Shown: positions 1 through 8,734 of the stretch, piece by piece | How the letters are laid out: each line of letters opens with the position of its first letter | Position numbering within the stretch: position 1 is the stretch's first letter | IMG/VR virus record: IMGVR_UViG_3300042892_001971 | Reading direction: 5' to 3' (one strand) | DNA length: 64,000 nucleotides | DNA from: an uncultured virus (IMG/VR IMGVR_UViG_3300042892_001971) | Lineage: Duplodnaviria > Heunggongvirae > Uroviricota > Caudoviricetes | The notes under the pieces: generated by a model | Database searches by the model: none | The model's input: only the letters and a program-made list of their open reading frames with translations | What the model was told of the DNA's origin: nothing | Program-made: the position numbers and the translations under genes

Positions 1-2
1 AC

Positions 3-1286
3 AAAACTTTTCCCGGGTTCCACAAGAACCAAATTAAAAATCCTAGGGATATTAATACCCACAGCGGCAACACCATAGGTAGCCACAATAATCTTATCAG
101 TGCTGTCTGCAACTTCATCATATTCATCTTGTCTATCTTTTGCTTTGGTTGCGCCTGACACAAATACTGCTCGCTCGCCCAGTCTCTCTACCAACTGTCG
201 ACCACATTCGGTGCGATCAACCAGTACCAGAGTGTTGCCTGTTTCATTTACATGGCGTATGAGTTCACTCATGGCATCCAGTCTGCCGGACTCTTCCAAC
301 AAGTATTTAAGCTCGCTTTGGTAGTTTGAGTATTCCACATGGTCCTGTAACTGCACAATGTTCACATGGCACTGCGCCAGCACCCCTTGCTGTTGTAGTT
401 CGTTGGCACTTAACTTGCTGATCACTGGACCTAGGCTTACTAGCAGAGCTTGGCTTTCAAACTTCTCTTTGGGCACAGTACCGGTCAATCCCCAACGAAT
501 TGGCACTCTAGCCATCACGCTGGTCAGCAGAGTTTTGAGTGCATCTGCTTTGGCCATGTGTACTTCGTCTACCATCACACATACCACATCTTCAATAAAG
601 TCCTGTATGGTCACATTGCCTATGCCTGCTTTGGTATTCTTTAACAACACATTCAAACTCTGCCAAGTGCAGATTGTATGTGTGCAACCGTGTTCTTTTC
701 TGTCGCCAAAGTAAACGCCCACGTCCAGGCCAAGATTGAGGTAGTCCTTTTCAGTTTGTGTGACTAGACTCTTGTTAGGCACAATCACAATTGACCGTCC
801 ATATGGCTCTATACTGGCACTCAAGGCTGCTGTCATGATTGTTTTGCCTGCACCTGTGGCCACTTCTTGTATGCATTGTGGATTGGTCAAAAAGTTGTTC
901 ACAATCTCCACTTGGTAGTCACGCAACAGGATAGGTTGCCCTTCTGCAGGATGTCCTTTGGGCCAAGTCTTGTGTGCAAATGTTTGTTCTGTAACTTGAG
1001 CAAACTCAAATGTGGTAGAGTATTCTCTTTGATCATCAAGCTCAATATCGTAGTTGTAGCGTTCCAGGATGGGCATGATTTCTGGCAAGAGATTGGTGTA
1101 TGTGCTACCGCCCAATTGGAAGTAGCTGACTTTGCCATCCCAACGACCCAGTCTTACTGCTGGTAGATATCTTGCGTAAGGTACATCGTACTTGAATGCA
1201 TTGACCAAGGCCTTGCGCACATCCAAGTCGATGCCCTCTAGCTTGATGTTTACTTCATCTCGAATTTGTATGGTGCATTGTTTCAT
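3..1286 (-). CDS. uvsW: UvsW-like SF2 DNA helicase (3' end runs off the window)
   Basis: Not in the ORF track; translated by hand from the ATG at 1286 (MKQCTIQIRDEVNIKLEG...RLGRWDGKVSYF). Contains Walker A VATGAGKT, VDEVH (DExH) and GLTGT. ATGA overlap with the upstream ORF. Confidence 0.9.
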   Translation of the reverse strand, partial: MKQCTIQIRDEVNIKLEGIDLDVRKALVNAFKYDVPYARYLPAVRLGRWDGKVSYFQLGGSTYTNLLPEIMPILERYNYDIELDDQREYSTTFEFAQVTEQTFAHKTWPKGHPAEGQPILLRDYQVEIVNNFLTNPQCIQEVATGAGKTIMTAALSASIEPYGRSIVIVPNKSLVTQTEKDYLNLGLDVGVYFGDRKEHGCTHTICTWQSLNVLLKNTKAGIGNVTIQDFIEDVVCVMVDEVHMAKADALKTLLTSVMARVPIRWGLTGTVPKEKFESQALLVSLGPVISKLSANELQQQGVLAQCHVNIVQLQDHVEYSNYQSELKYLLEESGRLDAMSELIRHVNETGNTLVLVDRTECGRQLVERLGERAVFVSGATKAKDRQDEYDEVADSTDKIIVATYGVAAVGINIPRIFNLVLVEPGKSF

Positions 1287-2140
1287 TGTATAGTAACTTT
1301 GAGCACCCTTTGTTGGCGTGCTATTTCTTGTATGAGTTGTTGTGGTTGTCCGGCATACTGCAAATCTGCCACGGGAAAACGTAAGGGTTGTGCTATTGCA
1401 TTATACACACTTGTGATGCCATGGGCAAGAAAAAAATCTTGGTGTTGATCAATGTACTGTTGCATGCCTGGCTCTTTGAAGCTTAAATCCTGATTGAAAA
1501 ATGCCACATGAAAATCGGCACTGTAGTGACCAAACGGTCGGAATGCATCCTCACCTATGTACTCATCATTGTCGTGTGCTAGGTCCTCAACTGTTTTTCC
1601 AATTTCACAATAATTGAGATACACAGTTCCAAATTGTATTTGCGGTTCACCCCATTGCGCCAACTGATCAGGATCAAGTTTCTTTGTTTTGGGCATACCA
1701 AACCAAGTGCAAACAAATCTTGGCTTCACACCTTCAAGCACAGTCTCACATCTATGCACTGCCAGGTTCAATTCTGACAGTGCCTGTCTCACAGCAACTG
1801 GTGCCTGTTGCCAGTATTCTGATGTCTGTTGATCTAGCAGTCCATGGTAGCGTTCAAAAATGTTGTGCAAGTAATTGAGACTGTTTTGGCTCCAATCAAA
1901 CCCACGTTCAATAATGGCTTCATGTTGGTTGATTGTTGTGATACATTGTTGGATCATAATTTCGGCACGAATGCGCTCTTCCAATTGAGAGCCAAAGCCG
2001 TAAAATCTATCTGGATGATCTAATGGATAACTGCCGCGGGCTTGCATACGCTCAACCCATAACTCAGCAAGAGGGGTTGCTCGTATTTTAAATTGTAATG
2101 TCAAGCCTTGGCTCAGATGTATCAGCAGGTGTTGCGGCAT
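1283..2140 (-). CDS. Hypothetical protein; distant paralog of 16783..17556
   Basis: 285-aa ORF with a promoter directly upstream. Motifs LNYLH, LNLAVHRCE and YCEIGK. Confidence 0.8.
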   Translation of the reverse strand: MPQHLLIHLSQGLTLQFKIRATPLAELWVERMQARGSYPLDHPDRFYGFGSQLEERIRAEIMIQQCITTINQHEAIIERGFDWSQNSLNYLHNIFERYHGLLDQQTSEYWQQAPVAVRQALSELNLAVHRCETVLEGVKPRFVCTWFGMPKTKKLDPDQLAQWGEPQIQFGTVYLNYCEIGKTVEDLAHDNDEYIGEDAFRPFGHYSADFHVAFFNQDLSFKEPGMQQYIDQHQDFFLAHGITSVYNAIAQPLRFPVADLQYAGQPQQLIQEIARQQRVLKVTIQ

Positions 2141-2146
2141 TGTAAC

Positions 2147-2175
2147 AGTATATACTTACCGCCGCAAGAAGTCAA
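2147..2175 (-). promoter_or_regulatory. Sigma70-type promoter, probably giving a leaderless mRNA
   Basis: TTGACT-N17-TATACT, then 6 nt, then the ATG at 2140. No Shine-Dalgarno. Confidence 0.75.
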
Positions 2176-2206
2176 AAAGACAGGTACCTTTTTAGGGGTA
2201 CCTGCC
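2174..2206 (-). terminator. Rho-independent terminator ending the early operon
   Basis: GGCAGGTACC/GGTACCTGTC stem followed by TTTTT on the minus strand. Confidence 0.8.
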
Positions 2207-2210
2207 ACAA

Positions 2211-2257
2211 AGCCCGGGCCGGAGCCAACCAATGCCCGGGTTAACCTTGGAGGGTTA
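2211..2257 (-). ncRNA. Candidate 3'-UTR regulatory RNA element (hairpin with an anti-RBS loop)
   Basis: CCCGGGC/GCCCGGG stem with the 14-nt loop AUUGGUUGGCUCCG, complementary to GGAGCCAACCA at 3618-3628. Confidence 0.45.
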
Positions 2258-2470
2258 ATCTTTTGAGTTGACTGTGGTCTTAAACAAGAAGCCACACAGG
2301 ATAGTGATACCCCAGGCTTGCAACCAAGTGACTTCTTTCACAGAAGGCACTGCATCAACCAAACAACCATTCCACAGCATGTACACTGGCCAGCTCAGTA
2401 AGAAACTCAGTAACAGAATTCCTACAATACCAATCACAACTGCACCAACAAAAACTGCAAATTTTTCCAT
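2255..2470 (-). CDS. Small membrane protein
   Basis: 71 aa with two hydrophobic segments; GGAG Shine-Dalgarno. Confidence 0.75.
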   Translation of the reverse strand: MEKFAVFVGAVVIGIVGILLLSFLLSWPVYMLWNGCLVDAVPSVKEVTWLQAWGITILCGFLFKTTVNSKD

Positions 2471-2471
2471 G

Positions 2472-2588
2472 TCACGCTCCGTAGTATTCCAGGCACTTCA
2501 CAGTAAAGCCTGCTTCGCGCTGTTCATCTGCTTCGTACTCGGTGTCCACCGAGTACAGGTACAGGTCGCCATCCCATATTTCATACAT
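2472..2588 (-). CDS. Small acidic hypothetical protein (38 aa)
   Basis: Hand-translated MYEIWDGDLYLYSVDTEYEADEQREAGFTVKCLEYYGA. AGGAG Shine-Dalgarno; exactly fills the gap between its neighbours. Confidence 0.65.
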   Translation of the reverse strand: MYEIWDGDLYLYSVDTEYEADEQREAGFTVKCLEYYGA

Positions 2589-2589
2589 G

Positions 2590-3618
2590 TTAGGCTCCTG
2601 CTGGTTTCATAACAGTGGTCTCTGCCAGGCGCTTCCAGTTCAACACTGACATCTTGCGCAAGTCTGCAATCTTGAGAGCCATACGCAAACTCATCTCACG
2701 CAGACGATTTTTATTCTCGTCCATGAAGGCGATAATCTCGTCTTGCACACACTCGTCAAAGTCGTAGTCTGCAAACAACACACCGTCCTTGGCAATCTGC
2801 TTGATACGCAGGACCTTGTCACGCATGGTGTCCAGGGTCAAGTCCAAGTAGTGGCATCGGCTTTGCAGTGCATCCAAGTGGTCCCGCAATTTTTGCGAAC
2901 GCATGGTGTCAAACTTCAAGTTGGTAATAAAAATTACCGAACCCTTGAACTCAAAACTGTCCGGAATGCCTTCGCTTCGCAGAATGCGACTGTCAGACAA
3001 CCAGGAAATCTTACGCTTCTTGCCTGAGTCCAAGGCACCCTTGAGCAGGTTAAGAGCAACGTCATCTAACAAGATGCTGTCACAGTCATCAAACACCAAC
3101 ACACAATTAGGATCTGAATACTTGTACAGGGTTTGGTACAGGCCAATGGGACTGGCTGAGCCTTTGACAACCTCGGCCTTAAGGCGTTTGCTGGCCAGTT
3201 TGTCGAACAAACAGGCCTTGTCAATTTCTTGCTCAACGCCGTAGCTCTTGCCCACGCCCGGGGGGCCACTCACAATCATAGCACGGATGTCGCCGCTCAC
3301 ACAGGCCTTGGTCATCTCATGCAGGATGTCAAAACGCTCACGGATACGATCCATGGCCTGTTCGTCTGTCTCTGCCACCACAGTGGGCTTGAATTTTACA
3401 GTGTTTTCTTGCACGGTTTCTCCTGAAGTATACTCAATGTCTGAAATGTTTTCTACCTTGACGCGAATGGCAGCAGGGCAGTTGGGAAAGGTACCATCAT
3501 TTTGCACGGTGACATAGCCACCTTTGGCACCAGTTTGGAATCCACTCACTAGAGTGAACACTTGGTTTTGAACAGTTTTGTTGCGGTAAACGCCGCGAAC
3601 GATACGAATTGCACTCAT
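2590..3618 (-). CDS. AAA+-type P-loop ATPase (early gene)
   Basis: Walker A GPPGVGKS and Walker B LVFDDCD. Start moved to MSAIRIV, after TAAGGAG and downstream of a promoter. Confidence 0.85.
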   Translation of the reverse strand: MSAIRIVRGVYRNKTVQNQVFTLVSGFQTGAKGGYVTVQNDGTFPNCPAAIRVKVENISDIEYTSGETVQENTVKFKPTVVAETDEQAMDRIRERFDILHEMTKACVSGDIRAMIVSGPPGVGKSYGVEQEIDKACLFDKLASKRLKAEVVKGSASPIGLYQTLYKYSDPNCVLVFDDCDSILLDDVALNLLKGALDSGKKRKISWLSDSRILRSEGIPDSFEFKGSVIFITNLKFDTMRSQKLRDHLDALQSRCHYLDLTLDTMRDKVLRIKQIAKDGVLFADYDFDECVQDEIIAFMDENKNRLREMSLRMALKIADLRKMSVLNWKRLAETTVMKPAGA

Positions 3619-3663
3619 GGTTGGCTCCTTAGTGTGCTGTTGAACTTTGCTGTCTATGTGTGT

Positions 3664-3692
3664 ATTATAGCAAATTGGCATTTATTCGTCAA
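3664..3692 (-). promoter_or_regulatory. Phage early promoter
   Basis: TTGACG-N17-TATAAT with extended -10 (TGC). Confidence 0.85.
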
Positions 3693-3864
3693 CCGGCGCA
3701 AACAATGCTTGGCCTTGTTGCATAAAAACAACAAATGCTTCCATTGTGCTTTCGCTGTATAGCATGCGACCGTGTTGTTTGATGTCTTGCAGAGTTTCCA
3801 ACAAGGGCATGCCTAGGAATTCTGCTTCTTTTTGTAGGTGTTTGATTGCTGTGGCTATTTGCAT
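3682..3864 (-). CDS. Small early hypothetical protein
   Basis: 60 aa, AAGGAG Shine-Dalgarno, own promoter. Confidence 0.75.
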   Translation of the reverse strand: MQIATAIKHLQKEAEFLGMPLLETLQDIKQHGRMLYSESTMEAFVVFMQQGQALFAPVDE

Positions 3865-3893
3865 TTGGGCTCCTTTTTGCTGTCTATGTGTGT

Positions 3894-3922
3894 ATTATAG
3901 CAGATCGGGATTTAATGGTCAA
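3894..3922 (-). promoter_or_regulatory. Phage early promoter
   Basis: TTGACC-N17-TATAAT; the -10/leader region 3876-3902 is identical over 27 bp to 3646-3672. Confidence 0.85.
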
Positions 3923-4143
3923 CCTTTGGAATTCATTTTATCTAAAATTTCTTGCGACTGCAATCGACCTAATACTATAGTATACATCAAATATACCAGA
4001 CCCCCAATAGCCAGTGTGGCCACGGTGTACTGAAGCAGTTCCACAGGTGCATACTTTAGCACTACCTGAATTGCCACTACCATTATGGCCATGTATCCTA
4101 AAATTCCCAGGGTTTTTACTGCGGCTCTAACACGAATATTCAT
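3919..4143 (-). CDS. Small two-helix membrane protein
   Basis: 74 aa with two hydrophobic stretches; own promoter. Confidence 0.75.
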   Translation of the reverse strand: MNIRVRAAVKTLGILGYMAIMVVAIQVVLKYAPVELLQYTVATLAIGGLVYLMYTIVLGRLQSQEILDKMNSKG

Positions 4144-4145
4144 AT

Positions 4146-4628
4146 CTACCTTTCTTTGTATGCCACTATTGTAGCAGATCGGGAATTATTGGTCAAGCCC
4201 CGCCAGTTTGGAGGGTTATTAGTACTAAAGTACACAGAATTGTGTAGCTGTTCTGTGGGCACACCATGCTCCTTGTAGCCCTCTAGCACCATGTCAAAGT
4301 ACCCATCTGAGGGCAGGCTGTCTAAGTGCCCAGGTTGCATAAAGTAAGTCATGGCGTTTACAACACGACCTTGATGTAGTACTTTTTTAGTACGACGATT
4401 GTAGTAGTGCGGAAATCCTTCAAGGAGGTCCAGTGCGTCAAGACACTTGGGTGTGATGGTCCATAGCACGCCATCAACATAGCTATCAGGGCACTTTACA
4501 ACATCCGCAGGACCTGCAAACCGAAACACATGGTCTAGCAAAACAGCACGACCGTGACTTACCGCGGCCGGGCATCGCTGAGACATGCCTTGCGAGTTGG
4601 TGTTCATACCATAAGCAAAGTATAACAA
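4146..4628 (-). CDS. Gamma-glutamylcyclotransferase (GGCT/AIG2-like) family protein
   Basis: N-terminal YFAYGMN, VDGVLW, LDLLEGFP..Y.R and PSDGY motifs. TTG start. Confidence 0.8.
   Translation of the reverse strand: MLYFAYGMNTNSQGMSQRCPAAVSHGRAVLLDHVFRFAGPADVVKCPDSYVDGVLWTITPKCLDALDLLEGFPHYYNRRTKKVLHQGRVVNAMTYFMQPGHLDSLPSDGYFDMVLEGYKEHGVPTEQLHNSVYFSTNNPPNWRGLTNNSRSATIVAYKER
4168..4196 (-). promoter_or_regulatory. Phage early promoter
   Basis: TTGACC-N17-TACAAT with the shared spacer AATAATTCCCGATCTGC. Confidence 0.8.
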
Positions 4629-4633
4629 AAGTA

Positions 4634-4840
4634 TTACCTTTTTAAGATTTCGTAAAATTGTTGATTGAGCGCATCCATTTCGCTCTGATCCACATAGAAG
4701 TCAGTACGGGGGTCATAGTAGGCGCCCTCTTTGTTGCAATAATACAACACTCTGCCTGAGAAGTTGAACGGGCCTTCCAGTCCAGCACGAGCACTGTATT
4801 TGTCGCGCATGTTGTCGACTTCAATAACCTTGTAACCCAT
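4634..4840 (-). CDS. Small early hypothetical protein
   Basis: 68 aa, CAGGAG Shine-Dalgarno, motif LYY..KEGAYYDPRTDFY. Confidence 0.75.
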   Translation of the reverse strand: MGYKVIEVDNMRDKYSARAGLEGPFNFSGRVLYYCNKEGAYYDPRTDFYVDQSEMDALNQQFYEILKR

Positions 4841-4870
4841 GCCAGACTCCTGTTTGCTGTTTAAGTGTTA

Positions 4871-4899
4871 ATTATAGCAGAATGGAAATTATTGGTCAA
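4871..4899 (-). promoter_or_regulatory. Phage early promoter
   Basis: TTGACC-N17-TATAAT. Confidence 0.85.
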
Positions 4900-4909
4900 C
4901 CAACCAAAA

Positions 4910-5650
4910 CTAAACCCAAAGTTGTACAATTTTGGGGTCGCGTACTTCGTGCGGTTTGGGCTGGCCGTGAAACACCATCACGCAGGTATCAGAGTCAATC
5001 ACAGCACCTGCTCCCGGCGAGCGAGGCACACGTATGGGAAAGTCGAACCCACCATCGGCAATTTGCCAGCGATAACTTTTGATTCGATTGACGTCAAAGT
5101 ATCTGCGATTGTTGTAGTCAATTGTGGCATTGAGATAGTCCTGGTCTCCGTGATACTGCCGTACAACTTTGGTCACGTCTTCAGATTTAAATTTTTCCCA
5201 TACATGTTGATAACGCTCTACATTCCACCACATGATACTGCTGTTGATTCCAGAAAATGTTTCTTTTTGCAAGTATCTGAAATCTTTAATGCACCAAAAC
5301 TTTTCTGTGTCAAGATGTGTGATCCACGTTATGTCTCCGTTGATCACAACATCCAAGTCAAAATACAACAAATCTCCTGAGTAATGTTCAGGATTAAACA
5401 ACTGCATTTTGTACCACCAGGATTTTTTAGGACCGCCTATACCTGGCCAATCTTCCAAACAATGTTTGATCATATGCGGTGGTACTGATCGATCATGTTC
5501 TGTGTAAACGTGCATTCTGCAGCCACCACTTAGATGTCGATTCAACATGTTGTACAGCCGTTCAACATATATCCAGTCATAACCAGTTCCGTGAATAACG
5601 CAGGCGCAGTCAATCATTTGGTCAGTGCGGGTTTGATTCTTTTTAGACAT
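4910..5650 (-). CDS. GT-A fold glycosyltransferase (GT8-like)
   Basis: WWYK, LYFDLDVVI (DxD), NSSIM, GDQDYL and FHGQPKP motifs. Confidence 0.8.
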   Translation of the reverse strand: MSKKNQTRTDQMIDCACVIHGTGYDWIYVERLYNMLNRHLSGGCRMHVYTEHDRSVPPHMIKHCLEDWPGIGGPKKSWWYKMQLFNPEHYSGDLLYFDLDVVINGDITWITHLDTEKFWCIKDFRYLQKETFSGINSSIMWWNVERYQHVWEKFKSEDVTKVVRQYHGDQDYLNATIDYNNRRYFDVNRIKSYRWQIADGGFDFPIRVPRSPGAGAVIDSDTCVMVFHGQPKPHEVRDPKIVQLWV

Positions 5651-6280
5651 TTAAAACTGCCAAACAATTTGGTACTCATCGTAGATTGGCAAATGATTTT
5701 TGCTCGCAAGATATTCTAATACTGCGCGACCTTTGCCTGTGCGTTGATAACTGTGGCACCAACGACTGTTGTCATCGATTGCAACCACAGTGCCTGGTCG
5801 TAAAACTGGTTCAATCTCTAAAAATTCTTTAAGGTGATGGTCGGCACTGGCCGTATCATCATGCCAATCTACATCATAACTGTCTAAATAAAATAAATCA
5901 ACTTGATCCAAATCTGTTTGCTGTTTTAACCATGCAACACTATCACCGCACGATACTTCAAATTGTGTGCTATTGACAAAATCTTTTGCTACTTCACAGG
6001 CTGCAGGATCTATATCTACACTACATACGTTTCCTCCGTGGTATTCAACAAAACGTGTGAACAATGCCGCGCTTTGTCCATCAGACCAATTGTTAGCAGT
6101 TCGTAGCGTGCCAGTTTCAATGATATTAAAGTTTTTGGATTTTTGATTTAGCAACAATCTCCACATGATGTCAAATCCGATTGCACGATTGTATAATCCA
6201 TGCGCCAATTGCCCGTGGCTATCAGCATTGATATTCAAAAGAGGATAGTAAGTTTTACGATAATGTTCAAGCCAGTTCAT
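5651..6280 (-). CDS. Class I SAM methyltransferase (Methyltransf_24-like)
   Basis: IIETGT, SVDID, GDSV, DLFYLDS and IDDN motifs. Start MNWLEHY, with ATGA overlap. Confidence 0.75.
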   Translation of the reverse strand: MNWLEHYRKTYYPLLNINADSHGQLAHGLYNRAIGFDIMWRLLLNQKSKNFNIIETGTLRTANNWSDGQSAALFTRFVEYHGGNVCSVDIDPAACEVAKDFVNSTQFEVSCGDSVAWLKQQTDLDQVDLFYLDSYDVDWHDDTASADHHLKEFLEIEPVLRPGTVVAIDDNSRWCHSYQRTGKGRAVLEYLASKNHLPIYDEYQIVWQF

Positions 6281-7131
6281 GTTGAGCTTTCTAATGCAGG
6301 AGCAATTCTTTTTAGCCATATTCCTGTGCGTATTTCAGTTAGGGTATATTCAGTGTGGCAGATCTCTACCAGCCACCGATCTCGATTGATATCGTAAGAC
6401 TTTTCTATGTTGGCCAGGCTCATGCCCACAGGTGCTGCCAAACTGCTCTCATGCACAATGGGCCTGCAACCTGCAATAGCGGCCTGCACACCAGGTCCCG
6501 AATTGTGGTTGACCACTGCATGATAGTTAAACCGCATGTCAAAGCTGTCGTAGGTGCCAGCAACCGGTCGAGGTTGTTCCACTGTGACATCAGGTGGTAA
6601 CTGACTCAAGTTCAGTCGATTGCGTGGATGCGGGCGTATACTGATGGGCCGATCAGTGTGCTGTCTTACCAACTTAATTTGATCCAATACCCATTGTGTC
6701 ATATCCATACCAGCAACTTGTAAACTGCGAGCATGTTGAGCAGCAATAACTACATTGGGACTGGAGTTAAAAGTTATGGCCTGGCTGACATTCAGTGTGC
6801 ATGGTCGATCCCAGTCTAAATTTTCTTCGTGTCCGTAGTATCCATCTCTTGTGATATTGTTTACTGCTACCTTCCAAGTCTGCCCACGATACAGCGCACC
6901 AATTTCCAAAACAATTACTGGTTTGTTTTGTGATCTATAGTGATCGTATACTGCTCGATTAGGTGCCATTCTCCCTGCCCACAGTACCGACCAAATTACA
7001 GCCGCATCAGATTCCATTGAATTTTCTTGTGTTTGTATACCGCGTGCCTGCAAGTAATCCAACACAGCTGACATTACAGGTCTGCTGTTTTGAGCACATT
7101 GAGAAGGAAAATAGGCTATGTTATTGATCAT
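6277..7131 (-). CDS. Capsule-synthesis-like (KpsS/KpsC-like GT-B) protein, paralog 1
   Basis: IRPHP and HAVVNHNSGPGVQAAIAG motifs. Confidence 0.65.
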   Translation of the reverse strand: MINNIAYFPSQCAQNSRPVMSAVLDYLQARGIQTQENSMESDAAVIWSVLWAGRMAPNRAVYDHYRSQNKPVIVLEIGALYRGQTWKVAVNNITRDGYYGHEENLDWDRPCTLNVSQAITFNSSPNVVIAAQHARSLQVAGMDMTQWVLDQIKLVRQHTDRPISIRPHPRNRLNLSQLPPDVTVEQPRPVAGTYDSFDMRFNYHAVVNHNSGPGVQAAIAGCRPIVHESSLAAPVGMSLANIEKSYDINRDRWLVEICHTEYTLTEIRTGIWLKRIAPALESST

Positions 7132-7142
7132 AAGTACGTGAG

Positions 7143-7937
7143 ATGAAACACACTGTAATTACCACTTTCAACGCGGATGGTTATGCAAAGTACGGCCAAC
7201 GCATGATTCAAACGTTTTTGCAAAACTGGCCAGTTGATCTGGTAGTGTATGCAGAAGGATGTGACGTGACTGAAACAGCACCCAATCTTCTAGTGCGTGA
7301 TATTGCTGTAGTCACCGAACTCACAGCATTCAAACAACAGTGGGCGGGTGTGCCCCGAGCCACAGGTGATGTCAGTGCTGATCCAATTAGATCGCAACGC
7401 AAGGATGCCGGCAAAGGATTCAAATGGGACGCTGTGAGATTTGCCCACAAGGTCTACAGTATTTTCCATTGTGCAAAAAATGCACAAACTGATTGGCTGA
7501 TTTGGATGGACGCAGACACTGTGTGCCATAGTCCTATCACTCAAATTGATTTAGCAAGACTGTGTCCAGATACCATGGATCTTTGTTTTTTAGGGCGGCG
7601 TGGCAAGTTCAGCGAATGTGGACTGTACGCTATGAATCTTCGTAGCCAGCGCACAAGAGATTTTCTAGCACAATTTCAAAGATATTATGATCAAGCCGAA
7701 CAAGGTATTTTTACTCTAGCCGAATGGCATGATTCGTTTGTGTTTGATGCAGTAAGAAAACATCATCCTCTAGCGGAGCTAGATTGGTCAAGTCATTTGA
7801 TCACAGGCGAAGGCCATCCCTTGATCAACTCAGACTGGGGTGCATATTTGGATCATCTCAAAGGCAAACGTAAAATCACAGGTCGCAGTCCGGCCACAGA
7901 CCTAAAGGTCCAACGAACAGAGGCATACTGGCAATGA
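7143..7937 (+). CDS. Nucleotide-diphospho-sugar (GT-A) glycosyltransferase
   Basis: VRFAHKVY, LIWMDADT (DxD), EWHDSFVF and DHLKG motifs. Confidence 0.75.
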   Translation: MKHTVITTFNADGYAKYGQRMIQTFLQNWPVDLVVYAEGCDVTETAPNLLVRDIAVVTELTAFKQQWAGVPRATGDVSADPIRSQRKDAGKGFKWDAVRFAHKVYSIFHCAKNAQTDWLIWMDADTVCHSPITQIDLARLCPDTMDLCFLGRRGKFSECGLYAMNLRSQRTRDFLAQFQRYYDQAEQGIFTLAEWHDSFVFDAVRKHHPLAELDWSSHLITGEGHPLINSDWGAYLDHLKGKRKITGRSPATDLKVQRTEAYWQ

Positions 7938-8734
7938 ACTGGATATTTCTCAACAAAAAAAACTCTGACGAGTACATAGAAATGTTTGCTCGAGGATCTG
8001 GTGTTGTGCCAACAGAATTAGAAACATGGCGTTACGAAGATAGTGATGCTCCGCTGGTGATCCGTGGCATCATGAAACACAAGATTATCAAACAGTGCTG
8101 GGAACACAAGAGACCGTTTTGGTACATGGATTCAGGATATGTTGGCAATAGGCCCAACCTTCAAAATCCACATGGATGGAAGCAATGGCATAGGCTAGTG
8201 GCCAACAACTTGCAGCACGGTGAGGTGGTGCCGCGGCCTGCTGATCGTTGGCAACGTCACGGTATTGCCATGCCTGTACGTCGATATGGCAGCAAAATAC
8301 TGCTGGCAGTGCCGGACGAAAAACCTTGTGTGTTTTACAATATCAATCTCTCAGAATGGATTGAACAAACAGTTGCCACAATCAAGCAGCACACTGACCG
8401 AGAGATTGTGATACGTGAACGCAATCCCAATCGCCAGGCACGAGTGGCCAGTGACTTGCAATCAGCACTAACTGATGTGCATGCTGTGGTTACGTATAAT
8501 TCAATTGCAGCCACAGAAAGTGTGCTGGCTGGTGTGCCAGCATTTGCATTGGCACCATCAAACGCTGCTATTCCAGTGGCCAATACTGATCTATCTAAAA
8601 TTCACAATCCGTGGTACCCCGAGCAAGATCAAATCTATGCGTGGGCATGCCACTTGGCTTATGGGCAGTTTCACAATTCAGAACTGCTGGATGGTACTGC
8701 ACAAAAAATATTACAGGAGACATATGATGCATGA
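7934..8734 (+). CDS. Capsule-synthesis-like GT-B protein, paralog 2
   Basis: YMDSGY, HAVVTYNSIAATESVLAGVP and WACHLAYGQF motifs. Confidence 0.65.
   Translation: MNWIFLNKKNSDEYIEMFARGSGVVPTELETWRYEDSDAPLVIRGIMKHKIIKQCWEHKRPFWYMDSGYVGNRPNLQNPHGWKQWHRLVANNLQHGEVVPRPADRWQRHGIAMPVRRYGSKILLAVPDEKPCVFYNINLSEWIEQTVATIKQHTDREIVIRERNPNRQARVASDLQSALTDVHAVVTYNSIAATESVLAGVPAFALAPSNAAIPVANTDLSKIHNPWYPEQDQIYAWACHLAYGQFHNSELLDGTAQKILQETYDA

Noticed and set aside
2221..2258. Plus-strand GGAG + ATG micro-ORF (MPGLTLEG)
   Set aside because: Only 8 codons with no plus-strand promoter found; better explained as the antisense loop on the minus strand, though not formally excluded.
8475..8726. Long N-terminal extensions in the ORF track (also at 3681, 6319, 15106, 25561, 39914, 42429, 60011)
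   Set aside because: They overlap neighbouring genes or promoters; downstream starts have a Shine-Dalgarno, an ATGA overlap or a promoter box.
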